A stretch of DNA of 57,860 bases, the filler included, from Sphacelaria rigidula (Eukaryota), in assembly GCA_964200075.2 (NCBI GenBank). It is 6 parts of 6 records of this genome, joined end to end, with 100 filler letters (N's around TTAATTAATTAA, not from the genome) between each part and the next. Parts side by side here need not be neighbours in the genome. Positions count along the whole stretch, not along the records: positions 9,662 to 19,222 come from CAXNAA020008220.1; positions 19,323 to 28,883 come from CAXNAA020008221.1; 4 more parts are not named here. The stretch is one strand, 5' to 3'. Below are positions 11,763 to 23,653 of the stretch, piece by piece. Every line of letters begins with the position of its first letter. The first letter of the stretch is position 1. The notes below the pieces were generated by a model. The model searched no databases. It saw only the letters and a list, made by a program, of their open reading frames with translations, and was not told where the DNA came from. A program made the translations under genes and the position numbers.

Positions 11763-13963
11763 TGGGAGGCGTAGTCATTTGTTGCTTGCCTTGGTCGTTT
11801 GGCCGTTGACCACACATACCTTTCGAGATGGAGCACCGTTCCTACTCTCCAGTCGAGACACCGTCAACGTTTGGCCGCTCATCACGTTTTTTTTCAAAAC
11901 AGTACACAAGAACCTTTTACAAGTCCCATCTCCTTCCCTTTTGTACCGTTTGTTGTCACCGCCTATACCCTAGAATAACGATGATTTTCTCGCTACTGTG
12001 TACCAAACGATTTCATGACACAGTTCGTTTACTGTCCACATTTCCCCCACCCCTTAAGACGTCCTGTTCCTCCTTGAATCGGCTATTATTATCCTATTAT
12101 GTGAGTTCTACTCTCTGTTACTTGGCCACGAGAGTAGTTCTGTGGATTTACTTCCTCCTCCACCCGAAATCGTATTTTCAGCATCTCTGCGTTGTCCATT
12201 TGGCCATGCAAATATGTTTTCATCCCCATCCCCATCCCTGCCTTCAACTCCCCTATATCTCCAGGTGCTCTTCATCGCCTACTTTCCGTTTTAGCGCCAG
12301 TGCCCCCCTGGTTTCATTCATGTCTTTTCCTTTTGTCTTGTATTCCTCACACTCAACCGTATAACTTTTTCTTGGTTCCCTCCTGTATCCTTCCATACTT
12401 TTTCGACTACGCTATCCTACCCTATGCCAGTCTGTCCTTTCGTTACTTCCTACCATAGGGCCCTATCAAGTTCAGCTGGTAATATCTTTTTTAGCGTCTC
12501 CTACGTTATATTGCCGTTTTATTCTTCCCGTGTCTCTATCTGCTGCAAGTGGACACATTTCCCAGTTCTGCTCTTCAGCTCTACAGGCTGGGCCAGCCTA
12601 CAAGCGGATTTGTACCTTGCAGGCGAATTCGCAATTTTTTTCTTGGAGTTGGGAAATGAAATTTGGTATGAACAATCAACAGGGCATGAAGAAGAGCTGT
12701 CTGTGAGGTCCCAACGATTTTTTTTTTCGTGAGTTAAGGGCATATTACTAAAACCTCAAAACTGATTTTTGCCCTTAGTTCGCGAAAAAAAAATCGTTGG
12801 GACCTCACAGACAGCTTTTCTTCATGCCCTGTTGATTGTTCAAACCAAATTTCATTTTCCAACTCCAAGAAAAAAATTGCGAATTTACATTTGAAAAACC
12901 GAGGCGGCGGAAATTCGGAACAGTATTTTGCAGGCCGTTTATCGGCCCACGTTTGGTGTTTGTGGGTTGAAACTTTGTGCGGGACCTTGCTACGTCGTGA
13001 TGAACCAAGAAAATGGGTGAGGTTGGGTTTCATTTTATTTTTTCACTGATTGAGAGCATTTTAGTATGGTGATGATTTTTTTACGAGAACGCCCGAACCT
13101 CTCATGAAAAAAAAAAATGAAGGCCCATTTCTTTTTTACTCAGCATACCTCTGTCGTTCTCCGTGCCAAGTTTCAAACCACAATTCTAAAAATTGAGCTG
13201 AAAAATTGAGTAAAGGCCCAAGAGGAATGTTCATTTCTCCTCAAAACCCCCCTAAAAAAATGAAAAAAAACGAGAAAAAAAATTGGAAAAGCTGTGTTTT
13301 TGTTCGTCATGTACTAGCGGTTCTCCATACTCGTTCCAAATTTCATAGCACAACTCTCAGAAACTGAGACGCGATATCCAGATATAGGTCATCTAGTGCC
13401 TCTGCTCGTAATATGCTGATTTTAGTATTGAACCTTATGTGCGCCATTTATCGATAGATGACGAATTAGGTGAAAGTGAGGGTATCTATCATCTCCCCGT
13501 GCTAGAGGGAAGGTCCACACCAAAAATCGTCATCATCCGCTTGATCGATCGTTCGGGGTTTCATATAGATTTTAATGTGGACGCTATCTCCGCTAGGTAT
13601 AGGAATTACTATACATGGGGGTTACTCGACGAGGAAAAATTGGCCCAGATTTCTGAGTAGATGGGCACCTTCCCCTTGATCAGACGATTAATACGATATG
13701 CAGATCACGGCCCAAGTTGTCTGTGTCGTTGAGATATCGCTTTTAGAGCTTCGGTCCGTTTTTAGGCTGGCCCAGCCTGTATTACTCGTCGTTTTTTGGC
13801 ATCCAAGTATTTTCTTCGCTCCTGTCACCTGCAACTGTTTCCAGCTGTTTCACCAGCTTCGCATCCCCTTCCCACACTTTTCCTGCATACTCTAGCTTTG
13901 GAACGATCACATTCATCATAATAAATACTCTGATAATAGTGTGGAGGTGCGATTCGGTGAGGA
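11763..13963 (-). mobile_element. 5'-truncated, degenerate LINE (post-RT C-terminal region to the 3' end), interrupted by a family C element
   Basis: Minus-strand remnants across frameshifts: IVPKLEYAGKVWEG..LETV, AKKILGC..TTSN, RAELG, MKTYLHG, ESRTHIIG, ending in a (V)NGQTTKASNK-stop-like terminus. G-rich flanks on both sides. Confidence 0.8.
12584..13779. mobile_element. Family C complete non-autonomous TIR element (1196 bp), Tc1/mariner-like
   Basis: TA|CAGGCTGGGCCAGCCTA...TAGGCTGGCCCAGCCTG|TA: ~25-bp imperfect TIRs, TA duplication, no transposase ORF, internal ~117-bp inverted repeat. Confidence 0.93.
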
Positions 13964-14169
13964 GAGGGGGGGAGTGGGCGGGGGACATTTAGCAGCATTT
14001 GATCTTGTTATATGTTTTAGTCTGGATATTGTTGTTGTGTTGCTACTGTGCTGGACATTTGACTATTGCAACATTGCAAGCCTCAAAGTAAAGTCGCTAG
14101 GCCACGCACGTTGTAGACCCTGTTTCGGTTTCACACTCCCCCGCCCCGGTGCTCTGAATTAAAATAGTC

Positions 14170-14395
14170 CGACTGTCGCCATTGGGGTGGAGAGAACGTG
14201 GGTTCGATTCCCGGAGATGCGTTTTTTTTTTTCATCAAAGTATCTGAGTTCTACCGTCGAAAGCGTGATTATGTGAGTATATAAAAAGTAGGTGACTGAG
14301 TTTGTTTTGACGGGAGTTCATGCAGTCCGGGAGTGCTGATAGGTCATGACCCAATCCGCAAGACGGAAATGCAAGGCGTGTACCGGGGAGAGAGC
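14170..14395 (+). mobile_element. Probable tRNA-derived SINE fragment (family F)
   Basis: Box-B-like GGTTCGATTCC at ~14201; 14290-14395 is homologous to 38385-38480. Confidence 0.5.
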
Positions 14396-14567
14396 GAAGA
14401 AAAAGAAGAGAATGGTGGTCATGACGATGATTGTCGCAATCACAATGAATATACTACTCTACAATATTAAAGTTCATGTTCATGGTATTAATTGTGATGA
14501 TAAAGTGCAATTTCTTATAATACGGAATTCGCGGGCTTATAATGGATGAATCTTGCACACGTCGGAC

Positions 14568-14838
14568 AGCTAGGACACTTTCTACGATAGCCCCCCCCCC
14601 CCGCCCCCCCCCAAAAGTGCATGGTTTTGGGAGGAAGAATATTCACATAAATTGAAATGGGAAAAGCCGAGCACAACGAGCAGCTGGGATTTCCACGCTT
14701 GGATTCGTTCTCGCCAATGTTGCCAGTATGAGGCGCTTCATGCAGCCTGAACCCAAACATCGGGCGCTGTACGGTCATTTTTTTCGTGACACTTTTGACT
14801 GGTTTTTGGGGGGGGCTATCGTAGAAAGTGTCCAAGCT
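14568..14838. mobile_element. MITE-like element with ~30-bp terminal inverted repeats
   Basis: agctaggacactttctacgatagccccccc ... gggggggctatcgtagaaagtgtccaagct; an end fragment recurs at 48481-48514. No clear TSD. Confidence 0.75.
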
Positions 14839-15269
14839 CATTAGCTACCCAAAATAACTAATCGAATCGGACTCTCAGATTCGTTGATCAAAAACGCATA
14901 ATACATGACAGCAAGGTCCGGCAAGCCAAAGCGCCGCTGCCTTCGCGCTACTCCGCATGCCCGCCGTCCAGCGCTGTAGGGAGCAAATATGGAAAAAGGC
15001 GCCAAATGAGCCACTGTAGCTCATAATCCGGATCAGTACACTAATAAGAAGTGATATTCAGGTAGCTCATGAGCTGTCTGACGTATGGAATCTTGCGGTA
15101 TGATGCAGTAGATTGGGGAAAGAGAAAAGTTGTGCAGTGGTCACAGCGGCTAGTCACTGGCTCATCTCAGACCCGTTGGTAACAGCGGGTCCCACGTGAA
15201 CCCGTCGCACGGAGCAATGCTAACTATCTCGGGCGTAAATAGACAGATGCGTATAATCAGAAGGCCAAC

Positions 15270-15420
15270 TCGGCTACCCCATTACGCTACGTAACCCTAA
15301 CCCTAACCCTAACCCTAGACCTGAACCCAACGAAGGCAGGCCGTCTATCCTCGAGCAAATGGGAGTCTACCACAGTCCTCCATTGTTTGTGCTCAAATTG
15401 GCGCCGTTAGCGCGTTACGG
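15270..15420. repeat. Family E copy with perfect (TAACCC)n telomere-type units
   Basis: taaccctaaccctaaccctaaccctag at 15292-15318, followed by cctcgagcaa as in other family E copies. Confidence 0.65.
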
Positions 15421-15719
15421 CCCGCCGTGGCCCGAAAGAGTACCCCGCCTCTCAGGAAACCGGGTGTCGTGAAAACCCGAGTATAATCCTGTATGAAGAT
15501 CCGGATCCTTGTTGTACGCGTGTTGTTGTTAGACAATACTTACTGGCTGTTTGCCTGAGGACGTTTTCACGGCATATGAGCGGCTGCTCTTCGCTACTGT
15601 AGCGAATTTTGCTCGATTCCTTAGATTAGGTTTTTAGATCTTGAGTTTTTTGTTTTGTTTTTGCAATCATGGGAGGGCTGTTTACCAAACGGTCGTAAAT
15701 TATAGCTGGTACTATAAAT

Positions 15720-15872
15720 AAGGTAACTATTAATAGCACCAATGTCAACCCTATCCCTATATCTAAAACCCCAACCCCGACCAATGCAGAAGAGAACCCT
15801 CGAGCAAGGAGGGTGCAAACATTACTCTAGGCAAAGTGTGTTCGTTGGCAGACCTCAAATCAGCGCCTGCGA
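15720..15872. repeat. Family E copy
   Basis: aaccccaaccccgaccaatgcaagagagaaccctcgagcaagg; colinear with 9920-10065. Confidence 0.65.
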
Positions 15873-16169
15873 CGCTGATTTTGTCAACAAACCGTCCTGA
15901 GCGAGCTAGGAGCACTTGGGACTGCAGCCCCACCGAAGATCCAAATATCGGTGCTCGTTCTAAAATCATATACCAAGCGTTGTTTCCAACCATTTGGTGA
16001 GCGGGGGTGAATCTGTTTGAATGCAAGAGCTTGTCCTGAAAGTTTCATGTTGTGCTCTAACTGTTGCACTAACTGGCATTTTTTTTTTGCAATCGGTTTC
16101 AAGTATCGCTACATCTGTTATACCTGAATAATATGGTATCTTCTGTTTTCCGCGCACCTGTATGTTCAG

Positions 16170-16342
16170 GCTACGTCACCGGCTTCTTGTGCGAGACTCT
16201 GATTCCCGGGTTAAGCCTTAAGTGGCGGGTGATGTTGGGAATAGGTATTGTTCCCCCTGTGGTGATCATCGTTTGCCTCGGCTTCTTGCCCGAGTCCCCC
16301 AGGTGGCTCATCGCGAGGGGCCGCATGCGCGAGGGATACGAG
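16170..16342 (+). CDS. MFS sugar-porter family transporter, next exon
   Basis: ttcag acceptor and gtgagc donor; phase 1 joins the exon ending at 11481 (LLG|YVTG). Contains WRVMLGIG and the PESPRWL signature. Confidence 0.93.
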
Positions 16343-16421
16343 GTGAGCGCGTTTTACCACTGAATTGGGCAGTAGGCATGAGGTCAACCACTGTACTATT
16401 ATACATGAACGTTACGAAGTA

Positions 16422-17008
16422 CAGGTCTATCCGGTCATATAGTTCCGATTTGGACGGATGACGTCATAACTTCTGCTATAGAAGAACTTTTCCGACACGT
16501 ATTTTTTTCATGCACAGAACTCTTTTCAGCGCAGAGCGCCAAAACCGCACTTTTAAAAAAGTTGGACCACACACCCCTTGTCAAGGGCCGCCAAGTCGTG
16601 GCAACCTGAGCTCGTTCGCGGACATCGCCGGTTGGGGAACTTATCTGCGGACCCACCAACATGTCTGCTTCGGAAGACGCTGCCAACCCACCCAAGCGAA
16701 AGAATTTGACAACTCCGGAGAAAAACAGAATGATTGCAGAGCTCCTCAAGGGCAGCAACAAGGGGGCTCTGGGCCATGATGACCTGTGACCATATTACCG
16801 GATATCGATCATATCCCGGGGATGGCGTACCAGCATTCCCCGGTTAGATCACGGCACATTTTGTTTTTGGGTCTCTTCCGTCATGCATGGCCCGTAGACG
16901 GGGAAAGGGCGCTTTCGATCACCAACATAGCCCGCTGTGCCTCGATAGCCCAAACCGGAACTATATTACCGGATATCCAAATCGGAACTATATGACCGGA
17001 CAGACCGG
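16422..17008. mobile_element. TA-flanked MITE (Tc1/mariner type), 587 bp
   Basis: TA|CAGGTCTATCCGGTCATATAGTTCCGATTTGGA ... TCCAAATCGGAACTATATGACCGGACAGACCGG|TA: 33-bp TIR with 2 mismatches. Confidence 0.88.
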
Positions 17009-17750
17009 TATAGGCTGATTCAGGGTGAATGCCTGAAATTGATTCCCCACTAGATACAGAACGCAACACTGCCCCGACAGAAACATATTCGGTATCATCG
17101 TCTCTTACAATGGAGAAAATATTTAGTACTATACGCTATAGACTTTTTGGCAGTGTCGTCCCTTGTCCAGGGTATGATAAATATGTAACCACACCTTCGA
17201 TTCTGAAAAAATAACCTGTCTAAGGCGTTGGCGAAATTGTATGCGACTTGGATACTGACATGTATTCAGCGCTATACATCATTTCTAACCCCCCCTCGAC
17301 ACTGTTTTAGCCGATAAGATGCACTGTAGATTTATTGGTGTACCGATGAGTGCGGGGCAGTTGGCTAGGATCGCCATCCAGCGCTTTTGAAATTGTGCCC
17401 ACCCGCTGAGGGCCATCAAACAAAAGGGTGCTGGCGCCCTCAGGGAATGTGTTGGAAGAAGGTGTCACTCTATGACGTGCTGTACAACTGGCGCGATCGT
17501 CGCTCGTGGTGATCTATCTCCGCGCGGCTGGAACCCGAAGAATTACGACGCATAACATGTTCGTGGCAACGGTCATTGGCATCAACCCCTGTCACCCCCC
17601 CCCCCACCCTGTTGCTTTGTGCGCTGGCGTTTTTCTTCATCAAGAAAGAAGAAAAATATTGTTTTCATGTGAAAATAAAAGTGTCTTTATTTCACTACAA
17701 TCCCGGAATCTTGAATGTGCCGTTGCGGACAGGAGTTATACTCAGGGGTA

Positions 17751-18550
17751 CGAGCTGGGCCAGCCTAGAAGCGGATTTGTAGTTCGCGGGCGAATTCGCA
17801 ATTTTTTACTTCGAGTCGAACAGTGAGATTTGGTATGGACAGTCAACAGGGCATGAAAAAAAACAGCCTGTGGGGTCCCAAAGTCTTTTTTTGTTGACTT
17901 AACGGCATTTTACTAAAACCTTGGAACTGATTATTGCCCTTAACTCATGGAAGAAAAAAAGCTTTGAGGCCCCACATACAGCTCTTCTTCATGCCCTGTT
18001 AATTGTCGGTACCAAACTTCACTGTCCAACTCTCGGTAAAAAATTACGAATTCGCCTTTAAAAACCGGGCCAGTGGAAATTCCGAACAGTATTTTGCAGG
18101 CCGCTTACTGGCCCACGTTTGGCTTTTGCGTTTTGAAACGATGTGCGGGACCTTGCTAGGTTATATTGAACCAAGAAAAATGGACCAGGTTGGATTTGGT
18201 TCATTTTTTCGCTGGTTTAGGGCGTTTTCGTATGCTGACAACCATTTTTTTACGAGAACGCCCGAACCTCTCTAAAGAACAAAAAATGAATGCCCTTCTT
18301 TTCTTTCCAGCACACCTCTATCATTCTCCACGCTAAGTTTCAAATCACAATTTTAAAAATTGAGCTAAAAAATTGAGATGAGGCCCAAGAGCAATGTTCA
18401 TTTTTCCTCCAAAATCCCCGAAAAACACTAGAAAATAAAACCCGTAAAATATGTTGGAAGCTTTTTTTTTTATTTCATTATGCGCAAGTGGTTCTCCATA
18501 CCAAGTTTCACAGCACAACTCTCGTAGACTGAGACGCGATATTCAGATTA
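17751..18550. mobile_element. Family C element, right end missing
   Basis: TA|CGAGCTGGGCCAGCCTAGAAGCGGA; colinear with 12584-13385, including the internal inverted repeat. Confidence 0.88.
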
Positions 18551-19222
18551 AAGTGGCTAGCAGTAGAACAAAAAATGTGTGTGTGAACGTCGACCTTTTT
18601 TTTGTTCATCTCTTTTTCCGGAAATCGTACCTCCCTGTTTGTGACCAAACTCTCACTTTGACATGACTTATCGGTGCTTTTTGCAAACGAAGCCTACGCT
18701 TCTCTAAGCAAGTCGTGCGATCCGAGCCGAACCGAGCCGAACCGACCCGACATGACCTACCGATCCAGAGCCCAGCATTACATCACCAATTCCAACTATG
18801 ACCATGACATAGATACACCCTGTTGTGCGCTGGTTCGTGTGTGGCGGCGACAGAGTGGAAGTCCGCAGGCTATCTGCTTTGGGCCCAACACCACCTGAAC
18901 TGCGCCTGTCGTTAGCAAACGCGTCTCGTGTGTGTGTGTGTGTGTATGTGTGTGTGTTTGGCGGAGGGAACATCTGATGGAGCTATCTGTTGACCAAACA
19001 CAGAGGGGTGATTCTTTAATCTGGGCCGCTTTAGCCTTTTTTTGCTGTGTTGAGGTTAGCTGAAGAGTGTCTATGAAAAGGTATCCTTGTTGATCGTGTC
19101 ATGCTCCATTCACTAAATGAATCATCGCGTCGTGCTCCACAAACAAAACTGGTGGGGAGGTTCGAGCTTTTCCAGCGACCACTCGCCAGATGGCCGCCCG
19201 TTTTTTTTTTTTCTTCTCCGGA

Positions 19223-19322
19223 NNNNNNNNNNNNNNNNNNNNNNNNNNNNNNNNNNNNNNNNNNNNTTAATTAATTAANNNNNNNNNNNNNNNNNNNNNN
19301 NNNNNNNNNNNNNNNNNNNNNN
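19223..19322. other. Artificial contig linker
   Basis: N44-TTAATTAATTAA-N44. Confidence 0.98.
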
Positions 19323-19730
19323 AACTGAGACGCGATATCCAGATTTAGGTCATCTAGTGCCTCTGCTCGTAATATACTGATTTTAGTATGGAACCTTATG
19401 TGCGCCATTTCTCGAGATAGATAACGAATTAGGTGAAAGTGAGGGTATCTATCGTCTCCCCGTGCTCCAGGGAAGGTCCACACCAAAAATCGTCATCATT
19501 CGCCTGATCGATCGTTCGGGGTTTCATATAGATTTTAGTGTGGACGCTATCTCCGCTAGGTATAAGAATTACTATACATGGGGTTTACTCGACGAGGAAA
19601 AATTGGCCCAGAATTTCACCTTCCCCTTGACTAGACGATTAATACGGTATGCGGATCACGGCCCAACTCGTGTGTGTCGTTGAGATATCGCTTTGAGATC
19701 TTAAATCCGCTTTTAGGCTGGCCCAGCTCG
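19323..19730. mobile_element. Family C element, right part
   Basis: Closely matches 13362-13779; ends TAGGCTGGCCCAGCTCG. Confidence 0.9.
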
Positions 19731-19959
19731 TGGGCATTTAGAATTTTCAGCGAGATGACTTCGGTGGGCTGTAACCAAGTAAATATGGACCGAATATGAA
19801 TAGAGGCCAGCCTTGTGAAAGACTCGCACGGGCTTGTCCGCGGAAGAAACCCAACATAGGTTTAGTCGGCGGCGCCGATGCTTACGCTGTTTCCAAGAAA
19901 TGGGGGGACGAAGTTTTTTATGCGTATTCAAGCCCGAGGTCGTCAGTGGCTGGAGGTGG

Positions 19960-20100
19960 GGTAATCGGCATTTTACAACCATCGCTGCCCCTAACCCTAA
20001 CCCCAACCTGAGGCATACCGAGAGTCTTCGGGCAAGGACGATACATAGGGTTCCCTAGGCAAGGTGCGGCCTCGTAGACCCCAATCGGCGCCTATCAGCC
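19960..20100. repeat. Family E copy
   Basis: cctaaccctaaccccaacctgaggcataccgagagtcttcgggcaagg. Confidence 0.65.
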
Positions 20101-21650
20101 CCACTAAAGATCCGATTCTCGTTCTCAACACTCGAATCAAGTATTGTCAACCATGAACAGTGTAGCCCAACGCCGGTTAACTCTACCGGCTGACACGTCA
20201 AAATTCCGCCCGCTTTCACCGCCTTCCTGGGGTCCCCGTCTCCAATAGCTGTTTCCTTCAGGAACATACATGTAAGATTCCATCCCCGCAATATTAAAAT
20301 CTGCGTGAGAAATGAAGCAAACACGAAACTGTTTCGTAAGTGTGGTCCAGGCTGGTTCAAGAGTCACATTTAATATAATCAGTTTTTATCGCTGTCTTGA
20401 GAATTTGCGGGACGAACTTTCCCACGCGTGATCGCAGAGGCAAGCCCGGGGTCGTCAGCATTCGAGTAATCTTTGCTCGGTTTTACAAGTGCCGGTTCCG
20501 ACACCAAGAAACCGGTGAAACCGAGTGAGGGAAGAAATATCCGGACAGGAGCTACCTTGGGCTTTATTCAGGAACTCGTGTGCAAAAAATGATCCAATTC
20601 TGAAAACGGGCTGAGAAAATGAGCAAAGGTAAACATATTCAGACCGTGAGGAGCATACAACGATCGGGAACCCCAAGAAACCGGTAACACTAACTTCAGG
20701 CAAAAGTGTTCATTCAGAAAATGGGGACGCTGGGCATAAATTCAGGGACACGTGTTTGAAGAATGTTTTTTTACACGTCTGAAAGCGGGCTAAGAAAGGA
20801 CACCAAACGTGAAGTTGTTCCTACGATGTTGGGTGTACAATTACGGGAAACTCCAAGGAATCCGTGAGACCAAGCGGAATTAGAAACACTGAGTCACCGG
20901 CGACACCGGGTTTCATTTCGGAGCATTCGCGTACAGTTTTATGACCCTACTCTTACAAATGCCCTGAGAAACGGGGCCAACGGGAAAATGTTCCGGGACT
21001 GTGGGGCATCCGGTGGGGTAGCGGCGATTATCTCGCACTCCTTGGGCTATTAGTTAGCGGTACTCCGTACGACCATATTTGTTTCCCCCTTCGAGTGTGC
21101 CTTTTTAACTTCTTTGTAGGCTAAAAATTGTCCTCGGCCCTTGCTGCGGCTTTATGTGGAACGCACACGACCGCTTAAGGTGCGCATCAAGTGCGAAAAC
21201 ATGCGCCGCATCTACTTGAACACGAAACGAAAACAGCGGCGTGATTGGTTCGCCAAGATACACTAATACCACATCCTATTCACTACGAGAGCCCCTATTG
21301 GCATGCCCCTAGCACCCAACCCCGGCTCGGCATAGAGGAAGAGGCCACACCCCTTTCCCCGCTATATTCTGAGGAATGTTCATGTACTTTGTCTGGATAT
21401 GATTCGTGTGAGCGGAGAAAATGTTGGCCGACAACATGTGGAGTTTCTTCCCCGAACCGGACTGTATGTATCGTAGTCGATAACCTTAGACATGTAAGCA
21501 CAGCTTAGGACATGTAAGTACACGTCGGTAGACACCCAAGGGGAAAGTGACACACACTTTTCTGATTGTCAGCCCCTCACACAATCAGATAAACTCATCG
21601 ACCGAGATCCTGTCGTGGACAGCTGCTGTCACCCACGACCTTTGGGGGCG

Positions 21651-21691
21651 TACTCATTTGTTGCTTGCCTTAGTCATTTGACCATTGACCA
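21651..21691 (-). mobile_element. Extremely 5'-truncated LINE 3' end with a 9-bp TSD
   Basis: TTGGGGGCG|tactcatttgttgcttgccttagtcatttgaccattgacca|TTGGGGGCG. Confidence 0.8.
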
Positions 21692-23488
21692 TTGGGGGCG
21701 AGGGACTTGAATTTTTATCTATGTGACCAGATGGGCTGACTTAATTTGGCACAAGCTTTCTGTATAGCTTTCACCAATGACAAGTGAGAACAGATGTGTT
21801 CATGATATAGAAAAAAAAGTGAGGAGGCTTGGCCGCTGGCGCGACACTGAGAACAAGCACTTCGATCTGGTCAGTTACTGCCACCAGTGCGCCATTCAGC
21901 GGCATCCGTGAGACACTCCACGTACTCAAAACAAGCGTAGAACTAGTGTCGTCGAAGGCGGGCGCTCGTAAAGCGAGTGTACGACGTACGCACGTATGTA
22001 GACGACAGCACGGTAACACACTGCCGGTACAGCACATTGTCGTACGTTCGGCGGCAACGCACCACTGGACTCCGCTGTTCTGATGGCAGAACACACTACT
22101 ACTACCAGCAGCAGTGTTTTTTCACCTCCTGTTTTCCCGTCTCGATGCGTTACGGTCGGTCGCAGCGTTTTCTTATGAAACAGGGTGCTCTCGCAAGCTC
22201 ACCTTTTCCACGCCCTAGTTATCCCTGTTCAGGTTGAACATGCTGCCTGACCACCTGGGCGTGGGAACTGAGGCGCTGAAACGCGTTTCAGAGGTTCCCC
22301 GCCGGCGTGCAGCGCTGCGCTCCGCACCGACAAGTGCGCTGCCCTAATGTGTTTCTAAAACCACGGGGTGAACCCTATTTTGTCTGTCCCCTTTTAGGTA
22401 CTTCACCTTGTCTTGATTTCACTTCACCTCGTCGCCATCCACGTATGCCCCACCGTTGTTTATTTTTTCTTTCCTCAATTTTGGCCTCGATTTCCCTCTC
22501 GTTATCGGAGGGTGCAGTAAGTAGGGGGAGTCGAACGGGTGATACGAGCGACAGAGTAGATTTCGACAATTAGATAATTATCGAATTGATTACCCCCCTC
22601 TCCCGTAAAGAGGGATCCGTTCAAAATTTAGGGCAGGTTAATGGAGGAACAGGGAAGAAGGTGGAGCTGTATTGAAGGGTGGGTGGTAGAGTGGTATCGC
22701 TGTCATCCTTGCGTGCTAAGCACACGTCGCCACTGTTATAGGCCTGTAGCCAAAGCCAAGTTCCATTATCCATCTCCACAACACTCAATGCGCGAAGTGC
22801 CAGTTTTGACCTACGTTGCAGTTGTTGGGTTATCGCACTTGTTGACGGTGTTGTTGATGTTTTAGACTGTAGTCGGGTTACTTTTCAGGCGCACGTTGTG
22901 CATGTTCGTGCAAGCCATACGTGGTAAGAATTGCGAATAGTGATGCGCCATTTCTAGCGGCCGACTCTTTTTATGCAAACTGCAACTTGATAGAATAAAT
23001 CGAAGAGGGTTAGCTTGTGCTGCACCGCTAAACGTCACGCGCAAATTGAAAACGTTCAGCATTTTAATTACTGTCAGACGACAGTGGACCAGGTAGGCAT
23101 CATTGTTTCAAGCGCGCCGCGCCCAGCGCACCTCACCCACCTGTGCGACAACAGAGGTTTGCCCTATCGACATCAAACATGTAGTGCACTACTGATCTCC
23201 GGGCCCAAAGAGACCACGATCGTGGTCGGGTGGCGAGTGTATGGGCCACCTGTACACGCTGGCCGCCCTACGGATATTCGAACACTTTGAGGTAGTGCAG
23301 GGACAGATGCGGAAACACCTCACACACCACAACCACACTGCTTCTGAGCCGCGGGATTTTTTGGTGTAGCGCTGTCATGATGAGTACAAGGCACCCTGAT
23401 GTTTTTGCCGTGGTGATGGTCGTGAGCTGGGCATAGCGCTCCCGATACGCAAAGGGCTACGTGCCTGAAAACATTGCGCTATCAATAG

Positions 23489-23653
23489 ACATATTTGGTC
23501 AAGGACAAACATGTACCCGAACAGACGATGTACGCAAACCGGCTTTCCCGCCATGAAAAGCAGCATATTTTCACTACGAGGCTGTTGGCATCGTGCCCCT
23601 ATGATAGCCGAAAGTCGTGTCACAACTCGCTGGTGGTGGGTGATCTGTGCGTG
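23489..23653 (+). CDS. Possible upstream exon of the unknown protein in piece 3
   Basis: aatag acceptor, gtacgt donor, 165 nt open, phase 0-0 compatible with the exon at 24468. No recognisable motif. Confidence 0.3.

Noticed and set aside
11461-11973. Poly-Pro and poly-Gly ORFs
   Set aside because: Translations of an intronic poly-G tract containing an N gap. Most other short ORFs in the track are likewise repeat-derived or antisense shadows.
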